64,000 nucleotides of DNA from an uncultured Bacilli bacterium (GTDB lineage: Bacteria; Bacillota_I; Bacilli_A; RFN20; CAG-826), in NCBI GenBank assembly GCA_905236715.1, contig CAJOMQ010000007.1, positions 3,254 to 67,253 of the forward strand, read 5' to 3'. Of this stretch, positions 16,487 through 26,960 are shown piece after piece (position 1 is the stretch's first letter; each line of letters begins with the position of its first letter). The position numbers and the translations under genes are program-made. The notes below the pieces were generated by a model. The model was not told the origin of the DNA. It worked only from the letters and a program-made list of their open reading frames with translations, and did not search any database.

Positions 16487-18244
16487 TTAGTCGTCTTCGA
16501 ATAAATCAGGATAATTGGTCTTGAAGTAGTCGTAGACCACTGTGTCGTGATATTTCAACGCACATTTTTCTAACCAATATTTGGTAGAAAGTGATTTGTA
16601 TGAATCATCACTGGCGATAACTTTGGCGACTTCGTTAATGATTTCTTCTTTGGCGGTACTATCATAGATAGTGCTGTCTTTGGCTAATTTACTAGCGGAA
16701 GTTGCTTCTTCAATTTGAATGACATAAGATGTGCCACTGACATTGAATAAGATATCATCACGTGGATCCGCACCGGTTTCTTTGGAGCTGACTTTTAAAT
16801 AATATTTGCCGTTAATTTTCGCAACATAATTAGATTCTTTATCAGCGTCAAAGTCGTCATCGAAACGGTCTTTAACATTGTCATTATCTAAAGCGTTAGC
16901 GACACCGATATTGAAGAGACGATTTCTAATTTCATCAGGCAAACTGGTTAAGCCACCATTTTTGATATACCAACCATTTTCGGTATAGTCTTTGTTGGCT
17001 AATTCATTTTGTTTGATTTGTAAACCGACTTCTTTGGTGTAAGTATAGCTTCCTGTGAAAGTGCTTTCTGCGGAAGTATCGGTGGTGAGGATATCGTTAG
17101 TGATTTTGCCATATTGTTGCATGACATCACCATAATCGGTACCAAGATAATAATCGCCATCACTCACATATTGATAGCCATAGGCTTCCATCGTGGCTTG
17201 ATCAGCGACTTTTCCAGGTAAACCGACATTATAGCCACTGATACGATTGAAATCGGCTAAGGTGATTGGATTATCTTCTTTGTTGATTTCATCTCTCACG
17301 AAGTCTTGGACTAAGTAGGTATTATAATCGTTTTTAGCAATAGCTAAGACGTTTACTTTACGCGCATAGGAACGACCTAAGGTGTTATAAGATTCATCAA
17401 AGAGATATTGTTCCACTAATAAGGTTCTATAGATGGTGGGAATTAAGTCTTCTTCGACATATCTAATCGCACATTCAGATTCGACTTCATCATCTTCGTC
17501 TAAATCATAAGCGGCTTTAGTTTGATAATTGCTTCTAGTTAAATAACCACCAGTGAAGACATCTTTATCTTCCACATCAGGAGTAAAGACAACTTCCACC
17601 ATATCAGCATCAGTTAATTCGTTATAATTAGCAACTTTCTTTAAGGAGCTTCTTAATGAAACGAGTAATTTCTTTTCATGGAAGACGCCTCTTTCGGAAT
17701 AAGAACCACCGATAATGTCGTTATACATGGCAATCGCGATACGATCTTCGATAGTATCCCATTTAGCCATGACACGGTCATATTCGGATTGTTTGCTAGC
17801 ATCATCCGTAAGACGTTCGCCATCATCATTAAGGGTTTGATAAGCCTTGAATTGATTGATGAAGGTATCCGCGATAGTGGTTCCGGAGGTGTGTCTCACA
17901 CCATCGGAATCGATTGTGGAATGTTTGTAAATGTCTTTTGCAGCTTCTTTTAAAGTGATTTCATCTTCACCTAAGTTATAAGGTTTAGCGACTTTGTTGT
18001 AGCGGCCAAAGACAGAAACAGAATATTGATATAAAACTTGGTCTAAGACATCGTTAGCTAAAGAGCCATCACGATAGGCATCTTCGACGATAGAAATAAG
18101 GTTATGATAAATTTCATCATTTTCAGAGAAGGTAAGTAAATCTTTATCATAATCAGTGGTTTTCGCTTGTATTTCTGAACTACAAGCAGAAAGACCAAAG
18201 GCTCCTAATAAGGCAACCGCTAAAAGGCGTTTAGTCTTTAACAT
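16487..18244 (-). CDS. Large lipoprotein of unknown function
   Basis: The lipobox is GLSACSS. I moved the start to M19 of the track ORF (ATG 18244), which has AGGAGG 7 nt upstream. That start overlaps the upstream gene by 14 nt. Confidence 0.7.
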   Translation of the reverse strand: MLKTKRLLAVALLGAFGLSACSSEIQAKTTDYDKDLLTFSENDEIYHNLISIVEDAYRDGSLANDVLDQVLYQYSVSVFGRYNKVAKPYNLGEDEITLKEAAKDIYKHSTIDSDGVRHTSGTTIADTFINQFKAYQTLNDDGERLTDDASKQSEYDRVMAKWDTIEDRIAIAMYNDIIGGSYSERGVFHEKKLLVSLRSSLKKVANYNELTDADMVEVVFTPDVEDKDVFTGGYLTRSNYQTKAAYDLDEDDEVESECAIRYVEEDLIPTIYRTLLVEQYLFDESYNTLGRSYARKVNVLAIAKNDYNTYLVQDFVRDEINKEDNPITLADFNRISGYNVGLPGKVADQATMEAYGYQYVSDGDYYLGTDYGDVMQQYGKITNDILTTDTSAESTFTGSYTYTKEVGLQIKQNELANKDYTENGWYIKNGGLTSLPDEIRNRLFNIGVANALDNDNVKDRFDDDFDADKESNYVAKINGKYYLKVSSKETGADPRDDILFNVSGTSYVIQIEEATSASKLAKDSTIYDSTAKEEIINEVAKVIASDDSYKSLSTKYWLEKCALKYHDTVVYDYFKTNYPDLFEDD

Positions 18245-20240
18245 AGCAGAGTCCTCCTTCTTTGTATTCTTTGGCATCGATTGTGCTATCTGTACCATAG
18301 AAACGTAATTTGCAGCCTTCGGGGATTAATCTCATATCGCCTTCGGTGGCATCGGTTTCACGATAATCTTTTTGGACCGCTAATAATTCAAGATAGGTTT
18401 TCCAAACTTTGGCAATACCTTCATCTTGGTCATAGAGGTTCTTTTCTCTTTGTAAAGAGATGTAATTATCGATGCTACCTAATAATTCATATCCTTTGGA
18501 ATCCTTATCAAATAAGGTATCGCGGATTTCATCATCTTTACCGGATAATAAATCATATAAACGATAATCATAGGTAGAATCGAAACCTTTAATCGCATTT
18601 CTCACTGTAGTTGCACGTTCGGTGTATTCGGATTTATTGGTGGTGGTGATGAAGTTGACATATGTGTTTTTGTCTTTTCCATCAGCATCAACAGGATAAT
18701 CAGCATCACCAGGAATGGCGGTGGTGTAATATTCGTTTAAAGAAACATCGCTATCGGCGAAATCATTGATGGATTTTTGGACCACCATTAAGTGGATGCC
18801 GTATGTGGAACGAACACCGATAATGACATTATCTTTTTCATCGCTGAGAACTTTACCACCAGCGCCTAATAAATCACTGTTTTCTTTGAAACGTGGAAGG
18901 TTAGTGAAATCAATAGTTTCACTTGTCGCAGTGGCGGTGTCATATTTTAAGACCGATTGGCTGTCACCATAAGTGGCGCCACCAACATTTAATTCTTTAC
19001 CTTCTTTAGCGATAACATTAGCCTTAGTGGTTGTTTCTAATCTTGTATCTGCATAAGCGGAAGATTCGTCAACCACTCTATTGGTGATAACAAAGGCGTT
19101 GTGTCTATTGAAATATCTATTCCATAAAATGTTTCTTGGATATAAAGCGGATTTACCATCAGCAATCTTTAAACCAGTTACTTTGTTGGATTCGATTTCT
19201 GCGGCTAAGCCTAATTCGACAACCTTTGCATAAGGAACTTCACCTAAACCTAATTTGGTTAATGTTTCTTCCACGGTTTTATTGCTATCGGTTTCTCCGG
19301 ATATCGCTTTATATAATTCATCAGCAATTTTGCTTGATAAACCTAAACCATTTTTGATTTCTTCAGTGACATCATTTCTTCCAGATAAAACGGAATCATA
19401 AGCATAAATACCTAATTGGAATTCATTGACCATTTCTAATGAGCCACTAGAGGCATTCGCGGAAAGAATGGAAACTTCACCATAAGCATCATTGGAAGAA
19501 TCTTCAGAATAGTTTTTAGCGACTTGACCAAAGGTCATTTTGCCTTTTGCTAATTCTTCAATGGTTTTGCTTAACAATTTAGCTTGCGATTCGGAAATTG
19601 TTCCACGGGTGAAATCACTGCCGCCATCTTCGACTTTCACAAGGATATGACGGACGTGATATGGATAACGAGCGGAGGCTTTGCTGGAAGCAGTACTTTC
19701 ACCAGCGTTATCGACACCGATGTATTCTTTCTTTAATTCTTCTTCGTTTTGGTCATAGTACCAATCTTCGATAACTTCTTTTTCTAATTGGTAAATGTAG
19801 TATTGGAGTAATTCGGATTCATCCTTAACTCCTTTACCATTTAAAGTGGATTGCCACTCAGTCTTGTAAGAGCTTCCATTTGTTTCAGCGTTTTCTTTGG
19901 CTGTTTGTTTATCACTCTTAACTTTGTTTTTCGCTTCATTGACGATTTGATCGTAATTCTTTCTGACCCCATCTAATTTTGCGTTGCCGGCTTTACCTTT
20001 TTTGAAAGCGTCACGAATTAACACCTCAATTACTTGGTTGTAGTAGGCGCTAATACCAGATGAACTATTACGATAATCTTCGTAAATGTCATCAATTGCA
20101 ACAGCAAGATTCTGGTCATTATAACCTGTGAAGTCGACCACATTGGTCTTATCACTGGTTACACTTGGTGAACAGGCACCAAGGGCCATCGCAGCAATGA
20201 AACTAGTAACTAATCCGGTTGATAGTTTACTTTTTTTCAT
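18231..20240 (-). CDS. Large PrsA-like lipoprotein with a parvulin-type PPIase domain
   Basis: The lipobox is MALGACS. The parvulin signature is ARYPYHVRHILVK. At 669 aa it is about twice the length of classical PrsA. Confidence 0.65.
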   Translation of the reverse strand: MKKSKLSTGLVTSFIAAMALGACSPSVTSDKTNVVDFTGYNDQNLAVAIDDIYEDYRNSSSGISAYYNQVIEVLIRDAFKKGKAGNAKLDGVRKNYDQIVNEAKNKVKSDKQTAKENAETNGSSYKTEWQSTLNGKGVKDESELLQYYIYQLEKEVIEDWYYDQNEEELKKEYIGVDNAGESTASSKASARYPYHVRHILVKVEDGGSDFTRGTISESQAKLLSKTIEELAKGKMTFGQVAKNYSEDSSNDAYGEVSILSANASSGSLEMVNEFQLGIYAYDSVLSGRNDVTEEIKNGLGLSSKIADELYKAISGETDSNKTVEETLTKLGLGEVPYAKVVELGLAAEIESNKVTGLKIADGKSALYPRNILWNRYFNRHNAFVITNRVVDESSAYADTRLETTTKANVIAKEGKELNVGGATYGDSQSVLKYDTATATSETIDFTNLPRFKENSDLLGAGGKVLSDEKDNVIIGVRSTYGIHLMVVQKSINDFADSDVSLNEYYTTAIPGDADYPVDADGKDKNTYVNFITTTNKSEYTERATTVRNAIKGFDSTYDYRLYDLLSGKDDEIRDTLFDKDSKGYELLGSIDNYISLQREKNLYDQDEGIAKVWKTYLELLAVQKDYRETDATEGDMRLIPEGCKLRFYGTDSTIDAKEYKEGGLCYVKD

Positions 20241-20422
20241 GTTTCTTTTACTCCTTCTTCTGAATAATAGCGTTTTATATTTTATATATAATCTGTTTTT
20301 AGTGCAACAATTTTTACTTTGTAAGTGATTTTTGGCCTTCGAATAACGTAAGAAAAATTATCGTATTATTTGAAACAGGCGCTTTCGTTGATTAAAATAA
20401 TTGACGATTTGAGGTGAGTGGA

Positions 20423-21250
20423 ATGGCAAAATTAATCATTAAAAATTTGCACGCTGAAGTCGATGGAAAACAAATCTTAAAAGGGATTGATTTAACCATT
20501 AATGAAGGCGAAACAGTAGCCCTATTAGGTCCTAATGGCCACGGTAAATCCACATTATTAAATGTGATTATGGGTCATCCTAAATATAAAGTGACAGAAG
20601 GTAGCATCTATTTAGACGATGTTGATGTCCTATCTTTGAGCACTGATGAAAGAGCCAAATTAGGTTTATTTTTAGGCATGCAATTACCCAGCGAAGTGCC
20701 TGGTGTTATCAATAGTGATTTTTTAAGAGCCGCGGTTAACGCCCGTAAAGAAAAACCTGTTTCCACTTATCAATTTTATAAATTATTAGACGCGGCGATT
20801 AAAGAAGTGAAAATGCCTTTTGATTTAGCGACACGTTCACTAAATGAAGGATTTTCCGGTGGTGAAAAAAAGAGAAATGAAATTCTCCAAATGATCTTAT
20901 TAGAACCCAAGATTGCGATGCTTGATGAAATCGATTCCGGTCTTGATGTTGACGCTATTCAAGTGGTCGCGGATGTCATCAAAGCGGAACAAGCCAAGGG
21001 TCGTGGTTTCTTAGTTATTTCCCATTATGCGAGATTATTTGATTTGATTAATCCCACACGTGCTGTGGTAATTATCAATGGTCGTGTCGCGCTTGATGGA
21101 GGAGTGGAGATCATCAAACGTATTGATTCCACCGGCTATGAATTTATCAAGACCGAATTAGGTATTGAAATTGAAAAAGAAGAACCGGAAATGAATAAGG
21201 TTTCTATCGGTAGTTGTGCGGTGAGAGAAAGCATTAAAAATAATGGATAG
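20423..21250 (+). CDS. sufC: Fe-S cluster assembly ATPase SufC
   Basis: Motifs are GPNGHGKST, the signature FSGGEKKR, and Walker B MLDEIDSGLD. I chose ATG 20423 because GAGGTGA lies upstream; the track starts at GTG 20414. Confidence 0.93.
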   Translation: MAKLIIKNLHAEVDGKQILKGIDLTINEGETVALLGPNGHGKSTLLNVIMGHPKYKVTEGSIYLDDVDVLSLSTDERAKLGLFLGMQLPSEVPGVINSDFLRAAVNARKEKPVSTYQFYKLLDAAIKEVKMPFDLATRSLNEGFSGGEKKRNEILQMILLEPKIAMLDEIDSGLDVDAIQVVADVIKAEQAKGRGFLVISHYARLFDLINPTRAVVIINGRVALDGGVEIIKRIDSTGYEFIKTELGIEIEKEEPEMNKVSIGSCAVRESIKNNG

Positions 21251-22058
21251 AATCAATATCGAAAATAAAAAAAATAACGCTTTTATGATTGGGGAAGATT
21301 TAACCTCAAAATCTTTTATTTTTGATTGTGAAAATTCCCTCAATGATTATGTTATTGATATTGATGATAATGTACGCGCAAATATTTTAATAATTAATGT
21401 TAAAGAGAATATGAATTTATCTTTCCGCATTGGCCAATATGCTTCCTTACATTTATCAATATTAGCGAAAGAAAACGCCGATAATTTAAAAATTACCGCA
21501 GATGTCGATAAATATGGGGAAATTGATGTTTATTTTGCCGATTTTCTCCAAGATCAAAATAAAGCTAAGATTGATATAAATTTAAATGGTGAAGAATCGG
21601 CCTGTGCGTGGCATCTTGCTTCTTTAGCCGGCGCCAAAGACAAAAAAGAATTTGATGTTTCGGTTTTTCATAACACCGCGAATACCTATTGTAAATTAGA
21701 TAATTACGGCGTTTGTTTAAATCAATCGCAGTTAACCTTCTCTGGTGTATGCAAAATCAATAATGGTTCTTCTGGCTCTAAAGCTCATCAAAACGCCAAA
21801 ATAATGGTCTTTGATGAAGAGTGCAAAGGTATTGCTCGTCCCATTTTAAAAATCGATGAAAATGATATTGAAGCATCGCACGCTGCGGTGGTTGGTAAGA
21901 TTAATGATGATCATCTCTTTTATTTGACTTCTCGTGGCTTAAGTGAAAGCGAAGCAAAAGAACTAATTACCCTTGGTTATTTAAAACCCATTCTCAATGG
22001 TTTTGATGATGAATATATCAAAGAAGATATTACTAATTTAATTGAGGAGAGATTGTAA
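21243..22058 (+). CDS. sufD: Fe-S cluster assembly protein SufD (short form)
   Basis: The C-terminal motif is HAAVVGKINDDHLFYLTSRGLSE.EAK.L. The gene sits between sufC and sufS. Confidence 0.85.
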   Translation: MDRINIENKKNNAFMIGEDLTSKSFIFDCENSLNDYVIDIDDNVRANILIINVKENMNLSFRIGQYASLHLSILAKENADNLKITADVDKYGEIDVYFADFLQDQNKAKIDINLNGEESACAWHLASLAGAKDKKEFDVSVFHNTANTYCKLDNYGVCLNQSQLTFSGVCKINNGSSGSKAHQNAKIMVFDEECKGIARPILKIDENDIEASHAAVVGKINDDHLFYLTSRGLSESEAKELITLGYLKPILNGFDDEYIKEDITNLIEERL

Positions 22059-22059
22059 C

Positions 22060-23289
22060 ATGTACGACGTTTATGAAATAAGAAAACTCTTCCCAATGCT
22101 CAATAATAAAAAGATGCAAGGTAAACCCCTTGTTTATTTAGATAATGCTTCAACCACATTTAAACCCCAATCTGTGATTGACGCGGTTGAATCTTATTAC
22201 ACCGATTTAACTGCCAATTCACATCGTGGCGATTATGACTTGCTATATAAGATGGATTGTCTTGTGGAAGAAACAAGAAAAACAATTGCCAATTTTGTAC
22301 ACTGCCAGCCAAAAGAAGTTGTTTTTACTTCTGGTGATACGATGTCATTGAATTTAATCGCTTGGGGATACGGTCATAAATTTTTACACAAGGGTGATGA
22401 AATCATCTTAGATGTCGCGGAACACGCTTCTAATATTTTACCTTGGTTTGAAATTGCTCATCTGACAGGCGCCACAATCAAATATTTACCATTAGATGAA
22501 GAAGGTCGCATTACTGTTGAAGGCTTGAAACAAGTTATTTCTTCCAAAACAAAGATTGTTTCTCTTGCCACCACAATGAATGTTCTTGGCTATTCAATCG
22601 ATGCCAAAGAATTTGCCAAAGTTTGTCACCAATATGGGGCCATATTAGTTTGTGATGGCGCGCAATCCGTTCCCCATAGACCCACTGATTTTGCGGGTGA
22701 CGATATTGATTTATTAACATTTTCTGGTCATAAGATGTGCGGACCAACCGGTATTGGTTGTTTAATCGGCAAATATGAAATTCTCCAATCGATGAATCCA
22801 TTCCTCGTCGGTGGTGGGATGAATGTTGATTTTGGTATTGATTTAAATATGGAGCCATTACCTGCTCCCGCTAAATTTGAAGCTGGAACTTTAAATCTTG
22901 CTGGAATTGTCGGATTAAAAAAGGCGGTGGAATTTTTACAAGAAATTGATGTGGAAAATATTGAAAAACACGACCAAGAATTATTTGCCTACGCGATGAG
23001 TAAATTAGAAAAAGTTGATGATATTATTATTTATAATAAATCCGCTGATGGTGGGATTTTAACATTTAATAAAAAAGGCATTTTCTCACAAGATGAAGCT
23101 ACTTTATTAAATAGCAAAGGTATTGCGGTCCGTTCAGGACAACATTGTGCGAAAATTTTAGATGAATTTTTAAATACTAATGCCACTGTGCGTGCGTCAT
23201 TTTATTTATATACAACGAAAGAAGAAGTCGATGCTTTAATCGATGCTTTAATTAATGGAGGAGATATTTTAGATGCTTACTTTAACTAA
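22060..23289 (+). CDS. sufS: Cysteine desulfurase SufS
   Basis: The class V aminotransferase motif includes the PLP lysine in FSGHKMCGPTG. The active-site region is RSGQHCA. ATG 22060 follows GGAGAG. Confidence 0.92.
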   Translation: MYDVYEIRKLFPMLNNKKMQGKPLVYLDNASTTFKPQSVIDAVESYYTDLTANSHRGDYDLLYKMDCLVEETRKTIANFVHCQPKEVVFTSGDTMSLNLIAWGYGHKFLHKGDEIILDVAEHASNILPWFEIAHLTGATIKYLPLDEEGRITVEGLKQVISSKTKIVSLATTMNVLGYSIDAKEFAKVCHQYGAILVCDGAQSVPHRPTDFAGDDIDLLTFSGHKMCGPTGIGCLIGKYEILQSMNPFLVGGGMNVDFGIDLNMEPLPAPAKFEAGTLNLAGIVGLKKAVEFLQEIDVENIEKHDQELFAYAMSKLEKVDDIIIYNKSADGGILTFNKKGIFSQDEATLLNSKGIAVRSGQHCAKILDEFLNTNATVRASFYLYTTKEEVDALIDALINGGDILDAYFN

Positions 23290-23701
23290 TGATATGATGC
23301 GTTCCATCATAATGGATCATTATTCTAATCCAGCAAATAAACATCAACCTACATCTGCTAATTTTGTCAAAGAGCATATGCACAGCGATAATTGCATTGA
23401 TGATTTAGATATTTTCCTCTTATTAGAAGGTGATATTGTGAAAGACGCATGCTTTGATGGAGTGGCTTGTACTATTTCTACGGCCTCTACTGATATCATG
23501 TGCGATTTATTAAAAGGTAAAAATATTAAAGATGCTTTATATACCATCGAACAATATAACCACATGATTCATGAAGAGCCATTTGATAGTGATGCTTTAG
23601 AAGAGGCTATTGTTTTTATCAATACATCCAAACAAGCTGCCCGTATTAGATGTGCGACCATTGGCTGGAATGCTGCGGACTTAATTTTAAAAGGTAAATA
23701 A
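23273..23701 (+). CDS. sufU: Fe-S scaffold / sulfur acceptor SufU
   Basis: The IscU/SufU fold is indicated by HYSNP, NCIDD, GVACTIS and the C-terminal RIRCA. The gene sits between sufS and sufB. Confidence 0.85.
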   Translation: MLTLTNDMMRSIIMDHYSNPANKHQPTSANFVKEHMHSDNCIDDLDIFLLLEGDIVKDACFDGVACTISTASTDIMCDLLKGKNIKDALYTIEQYNHMIHEEPFDSDALEEAIVFINTSKQAARIRCATIGWNAADLILKGK

Positions 23702-23704
23702 TCG

Positions 23705-23826
23705 ATGAAAGACGATATTAAATTCCAAGAAGATTATAAATAGATGTCTCTATTTTAAAGACACCTGTTGGTTTAAACGAGGATATCGTCAAAGAAATAT
23801 CACGTTTAAAAAATGAACCAGATTGG
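23705..23826 (+). other. sufB: Detached 5' segment of sufB: a 12-codon ORF ([12 protein letters not shown], stop at 23741-23743), after which SufB-like sequence continues in another frame from 23740
   Basis: Hand translation gives frame A as [12 protein letters not shown]. The sufB frame, open from 23740, reads [33 protein letters not shown]. This matches the N-terminal region of Bacillus SufB (..EYKYGFHDKDVSIF...EEISR.K.EP.WML.FRL, from memory). Confidence 0.6.
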
Positions 23827-25086
23827 ATGTTGGAATTTCGTTTAAAAGCCCTCAAAGCATTTAAAGCAATGCCATTACCAAAATTTGGTCCAGATTTATC
23901 TTATTTAGATTTTGATTCCTATACTTATTTCACTAGACCCAGTAAAAAAGAAGTGCAAAACTGGGATGAAGTGCCTAACACAATTAAAAATACTTTTGAT
24001 AAATTAGGTATTCCAGAAGCTGAACAAAAATATTTAGCGGGTGTTTCCACCCAATATGAATCAGAAGTTGTTTACCATAACATGCTGAAAGAAATGCAAG
24101 ATAAAGGTGTGATCTTTTTATCCACTGATATGGCTTTAAAATTATATCCTGATTTATTTAAAAAATATTTTGGTACAGTGGTTCCGATTGCCGATAATAA
24201 ATTCTCTGCTTTAAATGGTGCGGTATGGTCTGGCGGATCATTTATCTATGTTCCAAAAGGTGTTCATTTAGATAAGCCTTTGCAGTCTTATTTCCGTATT
24301 AACAACGAAAAATCTGGGCAATTTGAAAGAACTTTAATTATTGTTGATGAAGGTGCGGATGTCCATTATGTGGAAGGTTGTACTGCCCCTACATATTCCA
24401 AAGAATCTTTACACGCAGCGGTGGTGGAAATCATTGTTTTAAAAGGTGGCAAATGCCGTTATTCCACCGTGCAAAACTGGTCCACAAATATTGTTAATTT
24501 AGTGACTAAACGCGCTGTTTGTTATGAAAATGCTTCTATGGAATGGATTGATGGCAATATTGGTAGCCAAACCAACATGAAATATCCCGCTTGTATATTA
24601 AAAGAGGAAGGTGCTAAAGGCACTTGTATTTCTATTGCAGTTGCGGGTAAAAACCAATATCAAGATGCGGGCGCAAGAATGATTCATGAAGCATCTAATA
24701 CCACTTCCACAATTATTTCTAAATCTATCGTGAAAAATGGTGGTGTGGCTAATTATCGTGGCACCGTTAGACATAAAAAAGAAGCGAAAAATTGTCGTAG
24801 TCATGTTGAATGCGACACTTTGATTTTAGATAAATTGTCTCGTAGTGATACGATTCCCAATAACGATGTACAAAACAATACTTCATATGTAGAACACGAA
24901 GCCACGGTCAGTAAGATAAGTGAAGAACAATTATTTTATTTAATGAGTCGTGGTATTAGTGAAAAAGATGCCACCCAAATGATTATCATGGGCTTTATTG
25001 AACCATTCTCCCGTGAATTACCAATGGAATACGCCGTTGAATTAAATCAATTAATTAAAATGGATATGGAAGGTAGTGTGGGCTAG
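23827..25086 (+). CDS. sufB: Fe-S cluster assembly protein SufB (as annotated from the first in-frame ATG; N-terminally short)
   Basis: The protein is highly SufB-like throughout ([43 protein letters not shown]). It is 419 aa here, against roughly 465 aa for typical SufB. Confidence 0.88.
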   Translation: MLEFRLKALKAFKAMPLPKFGPDLSYLDFDSYTYFTRPSKKEVQNWDEVPNTIKNTFDKLGIPEAEQKYLAGVSTQYESEVVYHNMLKEMQDKGVIFLSTDMALKLYPDLFKKYFGTVVPIADNKFSALNGAVWSGGSFIYVPKGVHLDKPLQSYFRINNEKSGQFERTLIIVDEGADVHYVEGCTAPTYSKESLHAAVVEIIVLKGGKCRYSTVQNWSTNIVNLVTKRAVCYENASMEWIDGNIGSQTNMKYPACILKEEGAKGTCISIAVAGKNQYQDAGARMIHEASNTTSTIISKSIVKNGGVANYRGTVRHKKEAKNCRSHVECDTLILDKLSRSDTIPNNDVQNNTSYVEHEATVSKISEEQLFYLMSRGISEKDATQMIIMGFIEPFSRELPMEYAVELNQLIKMDMEGSVG

Positions 25087-26960
25087 TGGATTACGAAGTG
25101 ATTGTCGTCGGTGGAGGTCACGCTGGCTTAGAAGCCGCTTTTGCCTGTGCTCATAAAGGCCACAAAACTTTACTAGTTTCGATAAATATCAAGAAGATGG
25201 GTAATATGCCTTGTAATCCTTCTATCGGTGGTTCCGCAAAAGGGATTGTTGTTAGAGAAATTGATTGTCTCGGTGGCATGATGGGCAAAGCCGCTGATCA
25301 CCATTATTTACAAATGAAAATGCTCAACACCGGCAAAGGTCCTGGTGTGCAATGTTTAAGAGCTCAACAAGATAAAATAGAATATCCGGAATATTTACAA
25401 AATATCGCGCTAAATACCACTCATTTAACTGTTAAAGAAGGAATGGTTATCTCTTTACTTCACGATGAAGAAAAGGTTTTTGGTGTTCGTTTATCTAATG
25501 GTGAAGAATATACTTCCTCAGCGGTGATATTAACAACTGGCACCTATATGGAAAGTAAGATTTTCCGTGGTAGTGATATTCGCGATGAAGGTCCTGATGG
25601 AGAAAAACCATCATTAGGTTTATCACCATATCTAAGAAGTATGGGTATTGAAACAATTCGTTTTAAAACTGGTACTCCACCAAGAATTGCCAAAGATTCT
25701 ATTGATTTTACCAAAGCATCAATTCAACCAGGAACTGCGGGAAATTTAGCGTTTTCCTATGAAACAAAAGAATTCATTCCTGTGGAAGAACAAATCCCTT
25801 GTTATCTCATTTATACAACTAGTGAAACTCATGATATTATCCGCGAACATCTTTCAGAATCTGCGATGTTTTCGGGTGCGATTACTGGTGTGGGCCCAAG
25901 ATATTGTCCTTCCATAGAATCAAAGATTGTTAATTTCGCTGACAAGGAAAGACATCAATTATTCTTAGAACCCGAATCCCGTTATTCTGATTCCATATAT
26001 TTACAAGGTTTTTCCACTTCAATGCCTGTGGAAGTACAAGAAGAAATGGTGCATTCTTTGCCTGGTTTTGAAAACGCTCGTTTTCTTAAATATGCTTATG
26101 CGATTGAATATGATGCGATTAGAACCGAAGAATATGGTCCAACTTTAGAAATAAAAAAATGGCCAGGTTTATATATCGCTGGTCAAATATGTGGTACGTC
26201 TGGTTATGAAGAAGCCGCAGCATTAGGCCTTATGGCGGGTATTAACGCTTGCTTGAAATTAGAAAAGAAAGAACCGCTTATTTTAAGAAGAGATCAAGCC
26301 TATATCGGTGTGATGATTGATGATTTGGTCACTAAAGGTACGGAAGAACCGTATCGTTTGATGTCTTCGCGCGCTGAATTTCGTTTGATTATGCGTCATG
26401 ATAACGCGGATATGAGATTAATAGAAATTGGTCATGAAATTGGTTTGATTTCTGATGAAAGATATAACAATTTCATCGATAAAAAGAATAATATCAATCA
26501 CGCAATTGATGCTTTAACAAAAACTTATTTAGGCAAAAAAGACGAAGTGGAAGAATATTTTTCCTCTTTAGGATATAACGAATTAAAAGGTGGCGTACAA
26601 GCTTTAGAACTTCTCAAAAGAGTGGGCGTTAAATACGAAAAACTCGCGCAATTCATCCCCGAATTAGGAAATATCAACTTAGATGAATTTGGCATTGAAG
26701 AAGTGGAAATTATCGCTAAATATGAAGGCTATATCGCTAAACAAATTAAAGAAGCCCATAACATGATTAAATTAGAAGAGATGAAAATACCACAGAGTAT
26801 TGATTATCTAAACATGGATGGTTTGGCTTTAGAAGCTAGACAAAAACTCGTTAAGATAAGACCACTTACCATCGGACAAGCTTCTCGTATATCCGGTGTT
26901 AATCCATCCGATACCTCAGTGTTAATTTTAAATGTAAAGAAGGCTAGTCATCATGAATAA
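25086..26960 (+). CDS. mnmG: tRNA uridine 5-carboxymethylaminomethyl modification enzyme MnmG (GidA)
   Basis: The FAD motif is VIVVGGGHAGLEA, and GPRYCPSIE is present. The GTG start overlaps the sufB stop. Confidence 0.95.
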   Translation: MDYEVIVVGGGHAGLEAAFACAHKGHKTLLVSINIKKMGNMPCNPSIGGSAKGIVVREIDCLGGMMGKAADHHYLQMKMLNTGKGPGVQCLRAQQDKIEYPEYLQNIALNTTHLTVKEGMVISLLHDEEKVFGVRLSNGEEYTSSAVILTTGTYMESKIFRGSDIRDEGPDGEKPSLGLSPYLRSMGIETIRFKTGTPPRIAKDSIDFTKASIQPGTAGNLAFSYETKEFIPVEEQIPCYLIYTTSETHDIIREHLSESAMFSGAITGVGPRYCPSIESKIVNFADKERHQLFLEPESRYSDSIYLQGFSTSMPVEVQEEMVHSLPGFENARFLKYAYAIEYDAIRTEEYGPTLEIKKWPGLYIAGQICGTSGYEEAAALGLMAGINACLKLEKKEPLILRRDQAYIGVMIDDLVTKGTEEPYRLMSSRAEFRLIMRHDNADMRLIEIGHEIGLISDERYNNFIDKKNNINHAIDALTKTYLGKKDEVEEYFSSLGYNELKGGVQALELLKRVGVKYEKLAQFIPELGNINLDEFGIEEVEIIAKYEGYIAKQIKEAHNMIKLEEMKIPQSIDYLNMDGLALEARQKLVKIRPLTIGQASRISGVNPSDTSVLILNVKKASHHE

